From: Rickettsia typhi
Lineage (GTDB): Bacteria; Pseudomonadota; Alphaproteobacteria; Rickettsiales; UBA1997
Direction of reading: 5' to 3'
DNA: 53,081 bases
NCBI GenBank assembly: GCA_945875925.1
Contig: CAMCME010000004.1
Span: 1-53,081, forward strand
Part shown: piece after piece, positions 21,201 through 30,191 of the stretch
Layout of the letters: the number at the start of each line of letters is the position of its first letter
Position numbering within the stretch: the first letter of the stretch is position 1
The notes under the pieces: model-generated
What the model saw: only the letters and a program-made list of their open reading frames with translations
Told to the model about the DNA's origin: nothing
Databases searched by the model: none
Program-made: the position numbers and the translations under genes

Positions 21201-21368
21201 GCTTTCAGTAAAATATTCGATGAAATGATGGTTAAGCAGCGCAAAAATGATTTAGGCTTTTATCGGTTAAGTTCACAAGATGAGGGCTTTAAAATAGCGA
21301 TGCAGGATACTATTAAAAGGATGTTGATGAGTGGTGCAGAAAAAGACAGAGCTTCGACTTATACTTAA
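18225..21368 (+). CDS. hsdR: Type I RM restriction subunit
   Basis: D...ELK nuclease motif, HSAGSGKS, IIDEAH, FTATP, QALSRLNR. Confidence 0.95.
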   Translation: MPSKTNEKALEATIEKSLTGICLEELKEQNISARAINEKADYRAGNGYYIGLPEDFNAKFAIDEQRFWNFLQTTQKDELAKLQKQNEWQSDWKLKILERLDRMIKKYGILHLFRKGLDVDDAHFTLLYPLPLASSSEVVKTNFENNQFSSTRQLCYSLTNSKEEIDMVLFVNGLPFATMELKNAWTGQNAKVHGQNQYKFTRDITQPLLNFGRCLVHFAVDTDEVYMTTRLSGKDTFFLPFNLGQKEPLFGKGNPINPFGHKTSYLWEEIFSRNSVANIIQHFVRFDGKEGDQLNKKTLYFPRYHQLDVVRKIIADASKKGVGQTYLIQHSAGSGKSNSITWAAYQLIETYPESDSVSGSKGISNPLFDSVIVVTDRRLLDKQLRENIKEFSEVKNIVAPAYSSKELKESLESGKKIIITTIQKFPFIVDGIADLSDKRFAVIIDEAHSSQGGTAAGRMNQAMGNALVESDEEEQDAQDKILEAMRSQRMRGNASYLAFTATPKNNTLERFGVKQMDGKFKPFHLYSMKQAIEEGFILDVLANYTTYKSYYEIEKSIQENPLFDTVKAQKKLRTSVEQNTQTIATKAEIMLDHFIAKLVNTKKLKGKAKAIVATQSIESAINYYSALKKLLEERGNPFKIAIAFSGVKKIKGIEYTEDSINDFPANLDNTKPSDPGYISDKIARYFDKDEYRILVVANKYLTGYDQPKLTAMYVDKKLQGVIAVQALSRLNRSSDKLGKKTEDLFVLDFYNTVEDIKKSFDPFYTATSLSEATDINVLHELKSNLDDVGVYELSEVEDFVEKYFKGVNAQELSSLIDVAAERFNAALELEDKEKADYKIKAKHFVKIYGQMASILPYEVVAWEKLFWFLKFLIPKLIIVDNEKDALDSLLNSVDLSTYGLERVKLNVSIGLDSTETEVDPQNPNPRGAHGDGAEKDELDLIIKSFNERWFQVWEATPDERRAKLVNFAQKMKEHNDFKEKYANNADIQNREIAFSKIFDEMMVKQRKNDLGFYRLSSQDEGFKIAMQDTIKRMLMSGAEKDRASTYT

Positions 21369-21446
21369 ATTATTATCGAGACTTATGAACCGGAAACATG
21401 AAGAAATTTATTTAGCCGACTTACTGAAAAGCGCAAAAAAAATGTA

Positions 21447-21542
21447 ATGAAACGAACCAAGCCTCAATATTTCTCAGATCACTTCAAGATAGATAAATCA
21501 AAACTGAAAAAAGAGAAAAAGGTGTCAGGTCTAAACACTTAA
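21447..21542 (+). pseudogene. Gene 5' remnant homologous to 3417-3482
   Basis: MKRTKPQYFSDHFKIDKSKLK versus MSEDNQPRYFLDHFKIDKSKLK. Confidence 0.75.
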
Positions 21543-21597
21543 CACCAACCTAACAAAAAATAAGGTGTATTTAGGAAGCGCGTAAAAGGATCGAGGT

Positions 21598-21792
21598 TGG
21601 CTCTAGATTCGGGAGGGATTACTCGTCGGTTTTTTTTATTTTTAGTTGAACGAGTTGCAATATTTTTCTGAAGAAAAATATTGTCGAACCCCCATCGGGG
21701 GAGGCTTCTTCCCTCCCAAGGAGCCACATACAAAATAAGCCCGTTTAGCTTGCGCTAACGGGCTTTTTTTGTATGTGGCTCCTTGGGAGGGA
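21598..21792 (-). repeat. tRNA-Asn-linked repeat module
   Basis: 26-bp perfect inverted repeat 21710-21735/21767-21792, internal hairpins, degenerate direct copy of the tRNA 3' end at 21598-21620. Confidence 0.8.
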
Positions 21793-21850
21793 TTCGAACC
21801 CCCGACCAAGTGATTAACAGTCACTTGCTCTACCACTGAGCTACCAAGGA
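21776..21850 (-). tRNA. tRNA-Asn(GTT)
   Basis: tccttgg/ccaagga acceptor stem, ctgttaa loop, GTTCGAAT, encoded CCA. Confidence 0.97.
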
Positions 21851-22076
21851 ATATGTAGCGGCTCTTTGTTTAAAGCATGTAGATAAACTTTTGTTAGAAG
21901 TTTGTGCTAAAAATTTGGGAGATTTTTTACTTGTAAATTCTTGTAAACAAAATTTGAAAAAAATTTTGCGATAAGTTTTTTACGAAGGCGGCGCATACTA
22001 TTTTTGCATCTTGGAAAAATCAACTAAGTTTTTCGATAGATTTGAAATTAGTTTTATCAATAGCGTTGCAGGCAAT

Positions 22077-22118
22077 AAAAAAGCGGCCTTTCAAAAAAAA
22101 TTGAAAGACCGCTTTTTT
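22077..22118. terminator. Intrinsic terminator downstream of the BI-1 gene
   Basis: aaaaaagcggcctttcaa...ttgaaagaccgctttttt. Confidence 0.8.
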
Positions 22119-22141
22119 AAATAACTCGATTTTTCGATCGA

Positions 22142-22864
22142 CTAATTTCTTCTGTCGCCGAAGAAGCGAAGCATCATGATGAATAAGTTGATGAAATCCA
22201 TGTAAAGATTCAAAGCACCCATTACAGCCATTTTAGTAGCCATTTCAGCGTTGCCTGAAGCTTGATAATATATTTGTTTAATTTTTTGAGTGTCATAAGC
22301 AGTAAGGCCGATGAAGATAACAACTCCTAGAATTGAAAGAGCGAAATCAAGAGCTGAACTTTTTAAGAAAAGATTAACTAGGGATGCCAAGATTAATCCG
22401 ATCAAACCCATGGTCATGAATGATCCCATGCTGGTTAAATCTTTTTTAGTTGTGTAACCATAAAGACTCATCGCACCGAAAACTGAAGCAGAGATGAAGA
22501 AGACTCTAGCAACACTTGCGCCTGTGTAAACAAGCAATAGAGAAGATAAAGAAAGACCCATTAAAGCTGAGAAAATCCACAAATAAGTTTTTGCTGTTTG
22601 AGCAGAAAGTGAATTTAATTTTGCGCTGAAATAAAATACGAAGCCAAGAGGAGCAAGCATTACAACCCAAGAAAGCGGAGTGCCAAAAATAAGCTGCATT
22701 ACAGCTGGTGAGTTAGAAGCAAAAAGAGCAACCGCGCCTGAAATACCAAGAGCAGCAGACATGAAATTGTAAACCTTGATCATATATTTTCTAAGACCAG
22801 CATCGTAAGTGGTTCTTGATGCGGCAGAAGCAAAAGAAGATTTGCTGTTAATAAAGTTCGACAT
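22142..22864 (-). CDS. Bax inhibitor-1/YccA family membrane protein
   Basis: Seven TM helices; YGYTTKKDL, YDTQKIK, ALNLYMDFINLF. Confidence 0.93.
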   Translation of the reverse strand: MSNFINSKSSFASAASRTTYDAGLRKYMIKVYNFMSAALGISGAVALFASNSPAVMQLIFGTPLSWVVMLAPLGFVFYFSAKLNSLSAQTAKTYLWIFSALMGLSLSSLLLVYTGASVARVFFISASVFGAMSLYGYTTKKDLTSMGSFMTMGLIGLILASLVNLFLKSSALDFALSILGVVIFIGLTAYDTQKIKQIYYQASGNAEMATKMAVMGALNLYMDFINLFIMMLRFFGDRRN

Positions 22865-23049
22865 TTGGACTCCAAATTTGTTATTAATTAAGTGGCTGAT
22901 TTAAACTGTCTGATTAAATTTTGTTAGAACCACTATGCGTTATTAGATTTAATTGGCGAGACAATTTTTTCAAGGTGAAAAATAATTTGTGAAGTTAAAA
23001 AACTTCTGTGAATCTTTAAAAAAATTATAAAAACACTTTAAGTAATTAA

Positions 23050-23562
23050 ATGAAAAATATTATTGCTATTATTGGTTTGATGGGAGTTGGAAAGACTACT
23101 CTTGGGCTGAAACTGGCCGATAAATTGGGATATTATTTTATAGATTCTGATCAAGAAATTGAAGATCGTGAACAAAAATCTATCAATGAAATTTTTGCTA
23201 AAAATGGTGAAAAATATTTTCGTGAAGTTGAAAAAAATATCATCAAAGAAATAGTTTTGCGTGATGAAAAAATTGTGCTGTCACTTGGTGGCGGTGCTTT
23301 CATCAATGAAGAGGTGAGGAAAATTTTAAAAGAAAAATCAAATATAATTTGGCTTCACTCCACAATTGATAATATTTTATATCGCATTGGCGGCAAAACT
23401 AATCGTCCGCTTTTAAACAAGCAAACCAACAAAAGAAAGGCTTTGGAAGAGTTGGCTAGAAAACGCTATCCAATTTATAAAGAAGCAGATTTTAGCTTTG
23501 ATACTGGTGAAGAAAGTCAGGAAGTTGTGATTGGTAAAATTATTAAACAAATAAGTGGGTAA
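23050..23562 (+). CDS. aroK: Shikimate kinase
   Basis: GLMGVGKTT, DSD, GE.YFRE.E, GGG, RPLL. Confidence 0.93.
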   Translation: MKNIIAIIGLMGVGKTTLGLKLADKLGYYFIDSDQEIEDREQKSINEIFAKNGEKYFREVEKNIIKEIVLRDEKIVLSLGGGAFINEEVRKILKEKSNIIWLHSTIDNILYRIGGKTNRPLLNKQTNKRKALEELARKRYPIYKEADFSFDTGEESQEVVIGKIIKQISG

Positions 23563-23564
23563 GA

Positions 23565-24662
23565 GTGGAAAATAAGATTCGAGTTGATCTTGATCAAAGA
23601 AGTTACGATATCGTAATTGATGCGGGAAGTGTGGAATATTTGGTAGAATTTTTAGGTCAAAATAAATATAGCAAAATTTTTATCATCACCGATAACAATG
23701 TTGCAGATTTGCATTTATCAAGGCTGCAAGAGGTTTTGGCGAAAGCGCAAGTTGCTTCAAATGTAATTAAAACGCAGGCGGGTGAACAGACAAAATCTTT
23801 TGAGTTTTTAGAAAAAGTTTGTGAAGAAATTTTAGAAAAAAATGTTGATCGCAAATCTTTAATCATCGCTTTTGGCGGCGGTGTAATTGGTGATTTATCT
23901 GGTTTTATCGCGTCAATTTTGTTGCGTGGAATTGATTTTATTCAAATTCCAACAACTCTTTTGGCGGCTGTAGACAGCTCGGTTGGTGGTAAAACGGCAA
24001 TTAATAGTAAATTTGGAAAAAATTTAGTCGGCACTTTTTATCAGCCGAAATTGGTGATTTGTGATTTAGATTTTTTGAAAACCTTACCGATCAGAGAATT
24101 GAAATCGGGCTACGGCGAAGTTTTAAAATATGGTTTGATTGAAGATAAAAATTTCTTTGAATTTTTAACTGAAAATTATCAGAAAATTTTTGACTATGAC
24201 ACAGAAGTTCTGCGAGCAATTATCGCCAAATCTTGCGAATCAAAAGCTAAAATAGTTTCTCAAGATGAAAGAGAAGGCGGCATTCGTGCTTTGTTAAATT
24301 TTGGTCACACCTTTGGTCACACTTTTGAAACTGAAACAAATTATTCCTCGGAAATTTTACATGGCGAAGCTGTGGCTTTAGGAATGTTGATGGCGGCGCA
24401 AATGTCACTGAATTTTGGAATGATTAGTGAAAAAGAAGTTTTGGCGATCAAATCTCACCTAGAAAAATGCGGTTTTGTGATTGATGCGAAAAAAATCAGA
24501 AAATCTTGGAATCAAGAAAATCTGATCAATCATCTTTTTAAAGATAAGAAAAATGAAAATAACAATCTGACTTTCATTTTGCTTGAAGGAATTGGTAAAG
24601 CGGTGATTAAAAAAGCGGTTGCTTTAGAAGATTTTAAGAAGGTTTTGGTGGAGTTTGTTTAG
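23565..24662 (+). CDS. aroB: 3-dehydroquinate synthase
   Basis: GGGVIGD, PTTLLA.VDSSVGGKT, LNFGHTFGH, HGEAV. Confidence 0.95.
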   Translation: MENKIRVDLDQRSYDIVIDAGSVEYLVEFLGQNKYSKIFIITDNNVADLHLSRLQEVLAKAQVASNVIKTQAGEQTKSFEFLEKVCEEILEKNVDRKSLIIAFGGGVIGDLSGFIASILLRGIDFIQIPTTLLAAVDSSVGGKTAINSKFGKNLVGTFYQPKLVICDLDFLKTLPIRELKSGYGEVLKYGLIEDKNFFEFLTENYQKIFDYDTEVLRAIIAKSCESKAKIVSQDEREGGIRALLNFGHTFGHTFETETNYSSEILHGEAVALGMLMAAQMSLNFGMISEKEVLAIKSHLEKCGFVIDAKKIRKSWNQENLINHLFKDKKNENNNLTFILLEGIGKAVIKKAVALEDFKKVLVEFV

Positions 24663-24756
24663 TTAGTTATTATATGACTGCTATTTTTTATTAGAATTTT
24701 TCTTGCAATCTTTTCTTACGATATCTAGTTTGCGCCCCTCGTTTTACGAATTTTAA

Positions 24757-24842
24757 GCCTGCGTGATGGAATGGTAGACATAACGGACTTAAAATCCGTG
24801 GGGCTCACGCCCTTGCCGGTTCAAGTCCGGCCGCAGGTACCA
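24757..24842 (+). tRNA. tRNA-Leu(TAA)
   Basis: Cloverleaf with cttaaaa loop, long variable arm, GTTCAAG, CCA. Confidence 0.97.
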
Positions 24843-24884
24843 TTTGATAAATGAATCCCCTCAACTTATATCCCATTCTCGAAG

Positions 24885-27800
24885 ATGAAATTAGCGGAGA
24901 AATTAACTAAAATTTTTAGTTTGCTTCTCTTGGCCGTTTCTCTCGCTTCTTGTGGCGATGGCTGTACCAGCGCTGATGAATTTGACACGGAAACTGTTAC
25001 TGTTGAATCAAAACCTACAGTTGATGGAATTATCGGTAGCTATAGCAATTCTGATGGTGGCCAAAGAGCTGAATGGCACGATACAGGCTTAGTATCAAAC
25101 GGAACTCAATTTCTTATAAAAATCGATGGTGGTTGGACTCCTTGGAATGGACAAACCATGAATTCTGCCAAATTCAAACTTCTGCCAAAATGTAGCATGT
25201 GTGCCAAAAATCCTGGTGTGAATAATTGTATTTGCTATTCAGGTCAAACTTCGACGGCTGAAATTGGCTTGTCGGGAGATTCTGTTACTGCTGATTGTTC
25301 AGGTGCGGATAAAGAAGATCCTGCTAAATGTTCTTGTACTAATGCTAATGGTTTGGCAACTGATTATGGGATATATCATGTTACACTTAATTATGCAGAT
25401 AAATATGAGCAAACTTTAAAACCTGATGATCAGACTGTTTGTAGATATTCACAAGGTATGGGTGCTTATATTGGTCTATTTGGTCGCGGTGGAACTACTG
25501 TTCCAACAAGAGTCTATCATTTATTTTCTGAAACTGAGACATGTGATGTGGCAAGAGATAGTAATGGAAAATGTCTTGATTCCGATGGTAATGATGTAAC
25601 AAAATATTTGTTCAGAAGCGCTAATAGTGCAACTTTTGTCAGAGATGATCAAGCTGGAAATGATGGTACGGACACTAATCCTTCAGATGATACATATCAC
25701 TCACCAAATGAAAAAATCAAAGTTTTGATGTATGATGGATTCTATGATGATAACTATGGTTCTTACAATTTAACTTTTTACGGCGGGATTGGTATTGCTG
25801 ATGATCCGGGACTATTGGAATATCTAGTGAATGTAATTGATAATGCAGTTTCTGGAGAAGTGGGTGATGATGGCGACAGACATGGTGGTATTATTGAATT
25901 TATGTATCAAGCCTTGGTACAAGATTCTGGAGCTATTAAAATCATTCAAATTTCTCTATCTATATATGTAATGATGTATGGCTTTGCGGTTCTTTTTGGT
26001 ATTGCAGAAGTTAATAAAAAAGAACTAATGAACAGAGTTTTAAAAATATCTTTAGTGATATTTTTCACCAGCAGCGACAGTTGGTATTTCTATAATAAAA
26101 TTGTGGTCGGTTTCTTCAAAGATAGTATGGATTATTTGGTATCCGTATTTGTAAGTTTGGGTGACGCTGGTTGGGATTTAAAATCTTCTCAAACTCTACA
26201 AATCTCCTCAGATTTCGCTGATGCTAGCAACACAATTACATCGTCATCGCGCTTTTCTTACATTGATACTATTATCAAAAAAATGCTTTCTGAGGCCACT
26301 GCCAAAAAAGTATTTGGTCTTTTTTTCAATTCGATATTCGGATTTATTTACATTATTGTCATCTATGCACTTTTCGCTCTATTCATAATTGTAATGCTTT
26401 GGGCTGCTTCAATGTATGTGGTCAATTTGATGAAGCTGATTTTTGTCTTATCTTTAGGGCCAATTTTTATGGTTTTTGTTTTGTTTAAACAAACCGAAGA
26501 CATGTTTAAAAAATGGGTATCTTATTTGGGCACCAGATCTCTCGAAATCTTGATCATGTTCTTCATTTTGTTCAATTTCGTGATGATGATTGATACCGAG
26601 ATTTCCTCAATGCTTTATTATCAAGTGTGTGTTGAGAAGTGGAATTTAGGCTTTTTTTCTCTCAAAACTTTAAAAGCCAAAGTGGATAGATCATTGCTAG
26701 AATGGTGCACTTCTTTTGTAAAAGTTGGTGGTTTGATATTCATCACCAAATTGATATTAGATAAAGTTCCAGATGTTTCTAAAGCCCTGATAGCAATTAC
26801 TCCAGAAGGTGGTAAAGGTAAACCTACAGCTGGTGGGTCTATGGCTTCAGGCATGAAAGCGGCTGGAGCTATGATGGGTAAGGCTGGAGCTATGGCTGGA
26901 GCTATCGCTGGTAAGGCTGCTAGTGCGGCTGGTTTTGCTGGTGGTGTTTTAGCTCAAGGAGGTACTTTAGCTTCACGAGCATTTGGAAATTCTATTGCCA
27001 ATAGTTATCTTGGTAAAGCGATCGCCAACTCTTCAATTGGCCGGGCTGCAAGCAAGGCTAAGAGCATGATTCCTTTCTCAGGACCTGTAACTTCTATGCG
27101 TAATAGCGTTTATAGTGGTGAATTGAAAAAAGCTCAAGCTGCCGCTAAAGCTGCTGGCTTAACTGGTAAAGATGCTGAGCAAAAAATCAGAGCAGATTTC
27201 ATGAGCTCTATGACTGATAGAATGAATCGAGGTCCTTCAATTGGAAAAGACCAGAACCAGAAACACCAACCAAATAGTTCAAAATACTTGGGCGTTAATA
27301 TGACAAGTGCCTTGGCTTTCTTAGATAAAAAATTGGTTGAAGAGCCACTTAAAAACCAAGCTAAAGCTATTGCTAAAGAATTGAAAAATAAACCTCCAGG
27401 TGAAGTTCCTCTTGGCAAAGATATGAGAGATCAAATGAATGCTAAGCTTAAAGAATGGGCAGGTAAAAACCTTTCTGGTGGTGTTACTGCGGCTGAAAAT
27501 CATTTGAGCAAAAATAGCATGAAAGACTTGATTAAGGCGCAATCTGAGTTGAAAACTTCAGAAGCTAGAAAAAAATTCGCAGGCGATCCAGCTTTAGAAA
27601 ATAAATATTTGCAGCATATTAAAGATGCAGAAATGGCAAGAGCTAAAGATAGAGCTGAAGCAAAAAAAGGTATATTTGCACCAGTGAAACTAGGCGTTCA
27701 CATGGCGCGTAACTTTGCTAATTCTTTCAGTACCGATCCAAATTATAATGCTAAAATGGCGCGCGAAAGTTTCTTGCGTAAAAAAGATAATGCTCAAAAA

Positions 27801-29252
27801 GCTAAAGATTTCAGATTGAAAGATTTAGGATCTGCAGTAGTTGGTTTTAGCAAAAAAGATCGTGATGATGCGAAAAAATCTAGAGAAGAGTTTGTTAAAA
27901 ATGTAAAAGAAAAAGGTTTGTTTACTTCGGATACTGCAAAATCGGCTCTAGATGCTGCATCAAAAACAATTATAGGTAAAGAAAGTGGAGAATCCAGAAG
28001 AAAGGCGGCGGCATTCGCTACGGGTGATATATTAAATCCTTTGGGCAGATTGATGAATAAATCTTCAATCGATAAAATGACTAGAGAAGCTGATTCTGAA
28101 GCTTTGAGAAATAGACTGAATGATCCGAAGAGATTTGCTAAAGAAAAAGCAGAAATTGAAAGCAAATATAAAGTAGAAACTGAGCAAGAGAAAGCTGCTA
28201 GAAAAGCTAATGGAAGATTCGATGTGTGGGAAGAAGCCCAAAAAGAGAAGTCTATAAAAGAAAGACGCGAAATGGAAGAAGCTAAGAAAATAGAATTGCG
28301 AGAGGTTGATGAGAGAATGGAGTTAGCTAAGAAACAGCTTTTAGAAAATGCTAGAAAAGCTATTGCAGAAGAGTTGAGAGGTAAATCTGAAGCCGAGAAA
28401 CAGGCAATGTTAGAAAAAGCTAATAAGGATTATCAAGCAGCTAAGGAAAAACAAGAAGCTAAACAAAAAGAAATTGATGATCTTAAAGATGAAGAAGCTA
28501 AGAAAAAAGCCATTGAAGATGCTGGTGGATATGATGCTTTAAGAGAAGGTTTAACCAAATTAGATGGAACAACTCTGTTAGAAGAAGAAGCCAAATTGCA
28601 ACTTTTAAGAGAAGAAAACGGAGTGAAATTTGATACAAGTGCTGATTCATCATCAAATCCAGAAGAGCTAGCTAAAAGAGCCAAAGAACAACAAGAATTA
28701 GTTGCATCAGAATTGGCTAAAATTGAAGCAGAATTGGATAAAGCTAGAAGTATTGAAGATTTAGCAAATTTGAAGAAAAAGATGGAAGAAGAAGCTGAAA
28801 GGTTAAAAGAGATGGAAGCTCAAAAGGTAAAAGAATTACTAGAATTAGCTGATCCAGCCTCACCACTTCTGAAAGAAAGTCCTATTGGCTTGCTTGGTAC
28901 AGCTGCTAACTTCTTGATGGATGGTGGATCAATTGGAGGATTTGGGGCTGCAAAGGTTGGACTTGGCGGACCTGATAATCAAAAAGAAGATACTCAAAAA
29001 TTGGCTAAGAAAAATGCTCTTGAATCAAGCAAAAATCTTGCCGATATGAAAGTTAAAATGAGTAAGATGAAGAAAAAAATGGCTGAGTTTGAATTAAGTA
29101 GAATGGAAGACGACAGCAAGCTGAGTGAAAAAGATAAGAGATATAAATCTCAGCTAGAAAGAGATGTAAAAGAGTTTGAATCTGATGTTAGAAAAAATGA
29201 ATCTAGCGTAAGTGATATTGAAGCCGCGATAAGTAGTTTAGAAGCTAGTTAG
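24885..29252 (+). CDS. virB6: Large VirB6/TrbL-family type IV secretion protein (rickettsial type)
   Basis: Lipobox LASC; Cys-rich N-terminal domain; central TM core LSLGPIF.VF.LFKQT..MFKKW; Gly/Ala linker; long charged coiled-coil tail. Confidence 0.8.
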   Translation: MKLAEKLTKIFSLLLLAVSLASCGDGCTSADEFDTETVTVESKPTVDGIIGSYSNSDGGQRAEWHDTGLVSNGTQFLIKIDGGWTPWNGQTMNSAKFKLLPKCSMCAKNPGVNNCICYSGQTSTAEIGLSGDSVTADCSGADKEDPAKCSCTNANGLATDYGIYHVTLNYADKYEQTLKPDDQTVCRYSQGMGAYIGLFGRGGTTVPTRVYHLFSETETCDVARDSNGKCLDSDGNDVTKYLFRSANSATFVRDDQAGNDGTDTNPSDDTYHSPNEKIKVLMYDGFYDDNYGSYNLTFYGGIGIADDPGLLEYLVNVIDNAVSGEVGDDGDRHGGIIEFMYQALVQDSGAIKIIQISLSIYVMMYGFAVLFGIAEVNKKELMNRVLKISLVIFFTSSDSWYFYNKIVVGFFKDSMDYLVSVFVSLGDAGWDLKSSQTLQISSDFADASNTITSSSRFSYIDTIIKKMLSEATAKKVFGLFFNSIFGFIYIIVIYALFALFIIVMLWAASMYVVNLMKLIFVLSLGPIFMVFVLFKQTEDMFKKWVSYLGTRSLEILIMFFILFNFVMMIDTEISSMLYYQVCVEKWNLGFFSLKTLKAKVDRSLLEWCTSFVKVGGLIFITKLILDKVPDVSKALIAITPEGGKGKPTAGGSMASGMKAAGAMMGKAGAMAGAIAGKAASAAGFAGGVLAQGGTLASRAFGNSIANSYLGKAIANSSIGRAASKAKSMIPFSGPVTSMRNSVYSGELKKAQAAAKAAGLTGKDAEQKIRADFMSSMTDRMNRGPSIGKDQNQKHQPNSSKYLGVNMTSALAFLDKKLVEEPLKNQAKAIAKELKNKPPGEVPLGKDMRDQMNAKLKEWAGKNLSGGVTAAENHLSKNSMKDLIKAQSELKTSEARKKFAGDPALENKYLQHIKDAEMARAKDRAEAKKGIFAPVKLGVHMARNFANSFSTDPNYNAKMARESFLRKKDNAQKAKDFRLKDLGSAVVGFSKKDRDDAKKSREEFVKNVKEKGLFTSDTAKSALDAASKTIIGKESGESRRKAAAFATGDILNPLGRLMNKSSIDKMTREADSEALRNRLNDPKRFAKEKAEIESKYKVETEQEKAARKANGRFDVWEEAQKEKSIKERREMEEAKKIELREVDERMELAKKQLLENARKAIAEELRGKSEAEKQAMLEKANKDYQAAKEKQEAKQKEIDDLKDEEAKKKAIEDAGGYDALREGLTKLDGTTLLEEEAKLQLLREENGVKFDTSADSSSNPEELAKRAKEQQELVASELAKIEAELDKARSIEDLANLKKKMEEEAERLKEMEAQKVKELLELADPASPLLKESPIGLLGTAANFLMDGGSIGGFGAAKVGLGGPDNQKEDTQKLAKKNALESSKNLADMKVKMSKMKKKMAEFELSRMEDDSKLSEKDKRYKSQLERDVKEFESDVRKNESSVSDIEAAISSLEAS

Positions 29253-29328
29253 TTTTTTATTTTCTTGTTCTTGACATTAAGGGCTTCAAAAACTTAAATA
29301 CGCGGCCTTTAAAAATGGTAAAAATTAT

Positions 29329-29405
29329 GGCAGACGTAGCTCAGTTGGTAGAGCACCAGATTGTGGTTCTGGGTGTCGCGGGTTCGAGACCCGTCGTTTG
29401 CCCCA
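29329..29405 (+). tRNA. tRNA-His(GTG) with encoded G-1 and C73
   Basis: g-gcagacg...cgtttgc-c-cca; ttgtggt anticodon loop. Confidence 0.96.
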
Positions 29406-29520
29406 TTTTTGCTCATAATTCAGTCTCAATTTCCTTTCGAAATATTTAGGTTGATTTTTAGCTATTGTTATACGCAATAGAGATCATAAATATCAATCTC
29501 AACTAGATCCTATAAGCATT

Positions 29521-30189
29521 ATGGATATTCTTTTCTTTGCAGCCATCGCAGTCTATATTTTTGTAAAATTAAGAGAGCAGCTGGGAAAATTTGATGAAGA
29601 TGAAGCAAAGCAAATCCAAGAGAAAATTATTCAAAAACAACAAATAATTTCTGCTATTCAAAATCAGATCGTTTCAGAAGTTATCGCAATTTCTGAAGAG
29701 CAAAAAAAGATCGATGATAATCTTACATTCTTACTTGACGGAACTTCCAAAGAACATTTCTTTAAAGCTATAAAAGCTTGCAATATCTCTCCTGAATTTT
29801 TCTTAAATGGTGCTAAATCTGCTTTTGAAATGGTAATCAAGGCATTTTCTGGGGGTGATTTGGAGACTTTAAAATTCTTGCTTGCTGAAAAAATTTACTT
29901 GGGTTTTGAACAATCAGTTAACGCTAGAAAAGCAGCTCAGCAAACTTTAATTAGCAACATTATTGCTATTGAAAAAGCCGAAATAATTTCAGCTTATATG
30001 TTTGCTAGTGAAGCTTCAGTGACAGTTAGATTTGTCTCAAAACAAATCAATTACATCACTGATAATGCTGGCGCGATAATTGATGGCAGAAAAGATGAAA
30101 TTACCACTCTAACTGATACATGGACATTCAAAAAAGATATAACTTCAACCAACCCAAATTGGGAAATTGTTTCAACAAATTCTAATTAA
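29521..30189 (+). CDS. Tim44/TimA family protein
   Basis: N-terminal TM; FLNGAKSAFEMV..AF..GD, VTVRFVS.Q, DTWTF.K.....PNW. Confidence 0.9.
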   Translation: MDILFFAAIAVYIFVKLREQLGKFDEDEAKQIQEKIIQKQQIISAIQNQIVSEVIAISEEQKKIDDNLTFLLDGTSKEHFFKAIKACNISPEFFLNGAKSAFEMVIKAFSGGDLETLKFLLAEKIYLGFEQSVNARKAAQQTLISNIIAIEKAEIISAYMFASEASVTVRFVSKQINYITDNAGAIIDGRKDEITTLTDTWTFKKDITSTNPNWEIVSTNSN

Positions 30190-30191
30190 TT

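Noticed and set aside
21539-21836. Two 64-aa minus-strand ORFs
   Set aside because: They overlap tRNA-Asn and its repeat module and show no protein features.
26621-28684. Antisense ORFs within virB6, and similar ones within hsd, acnA, gyrB, cobT and gcvP
   Set aside because: Shadow frames of long genuine genes, with no independent coding signal.
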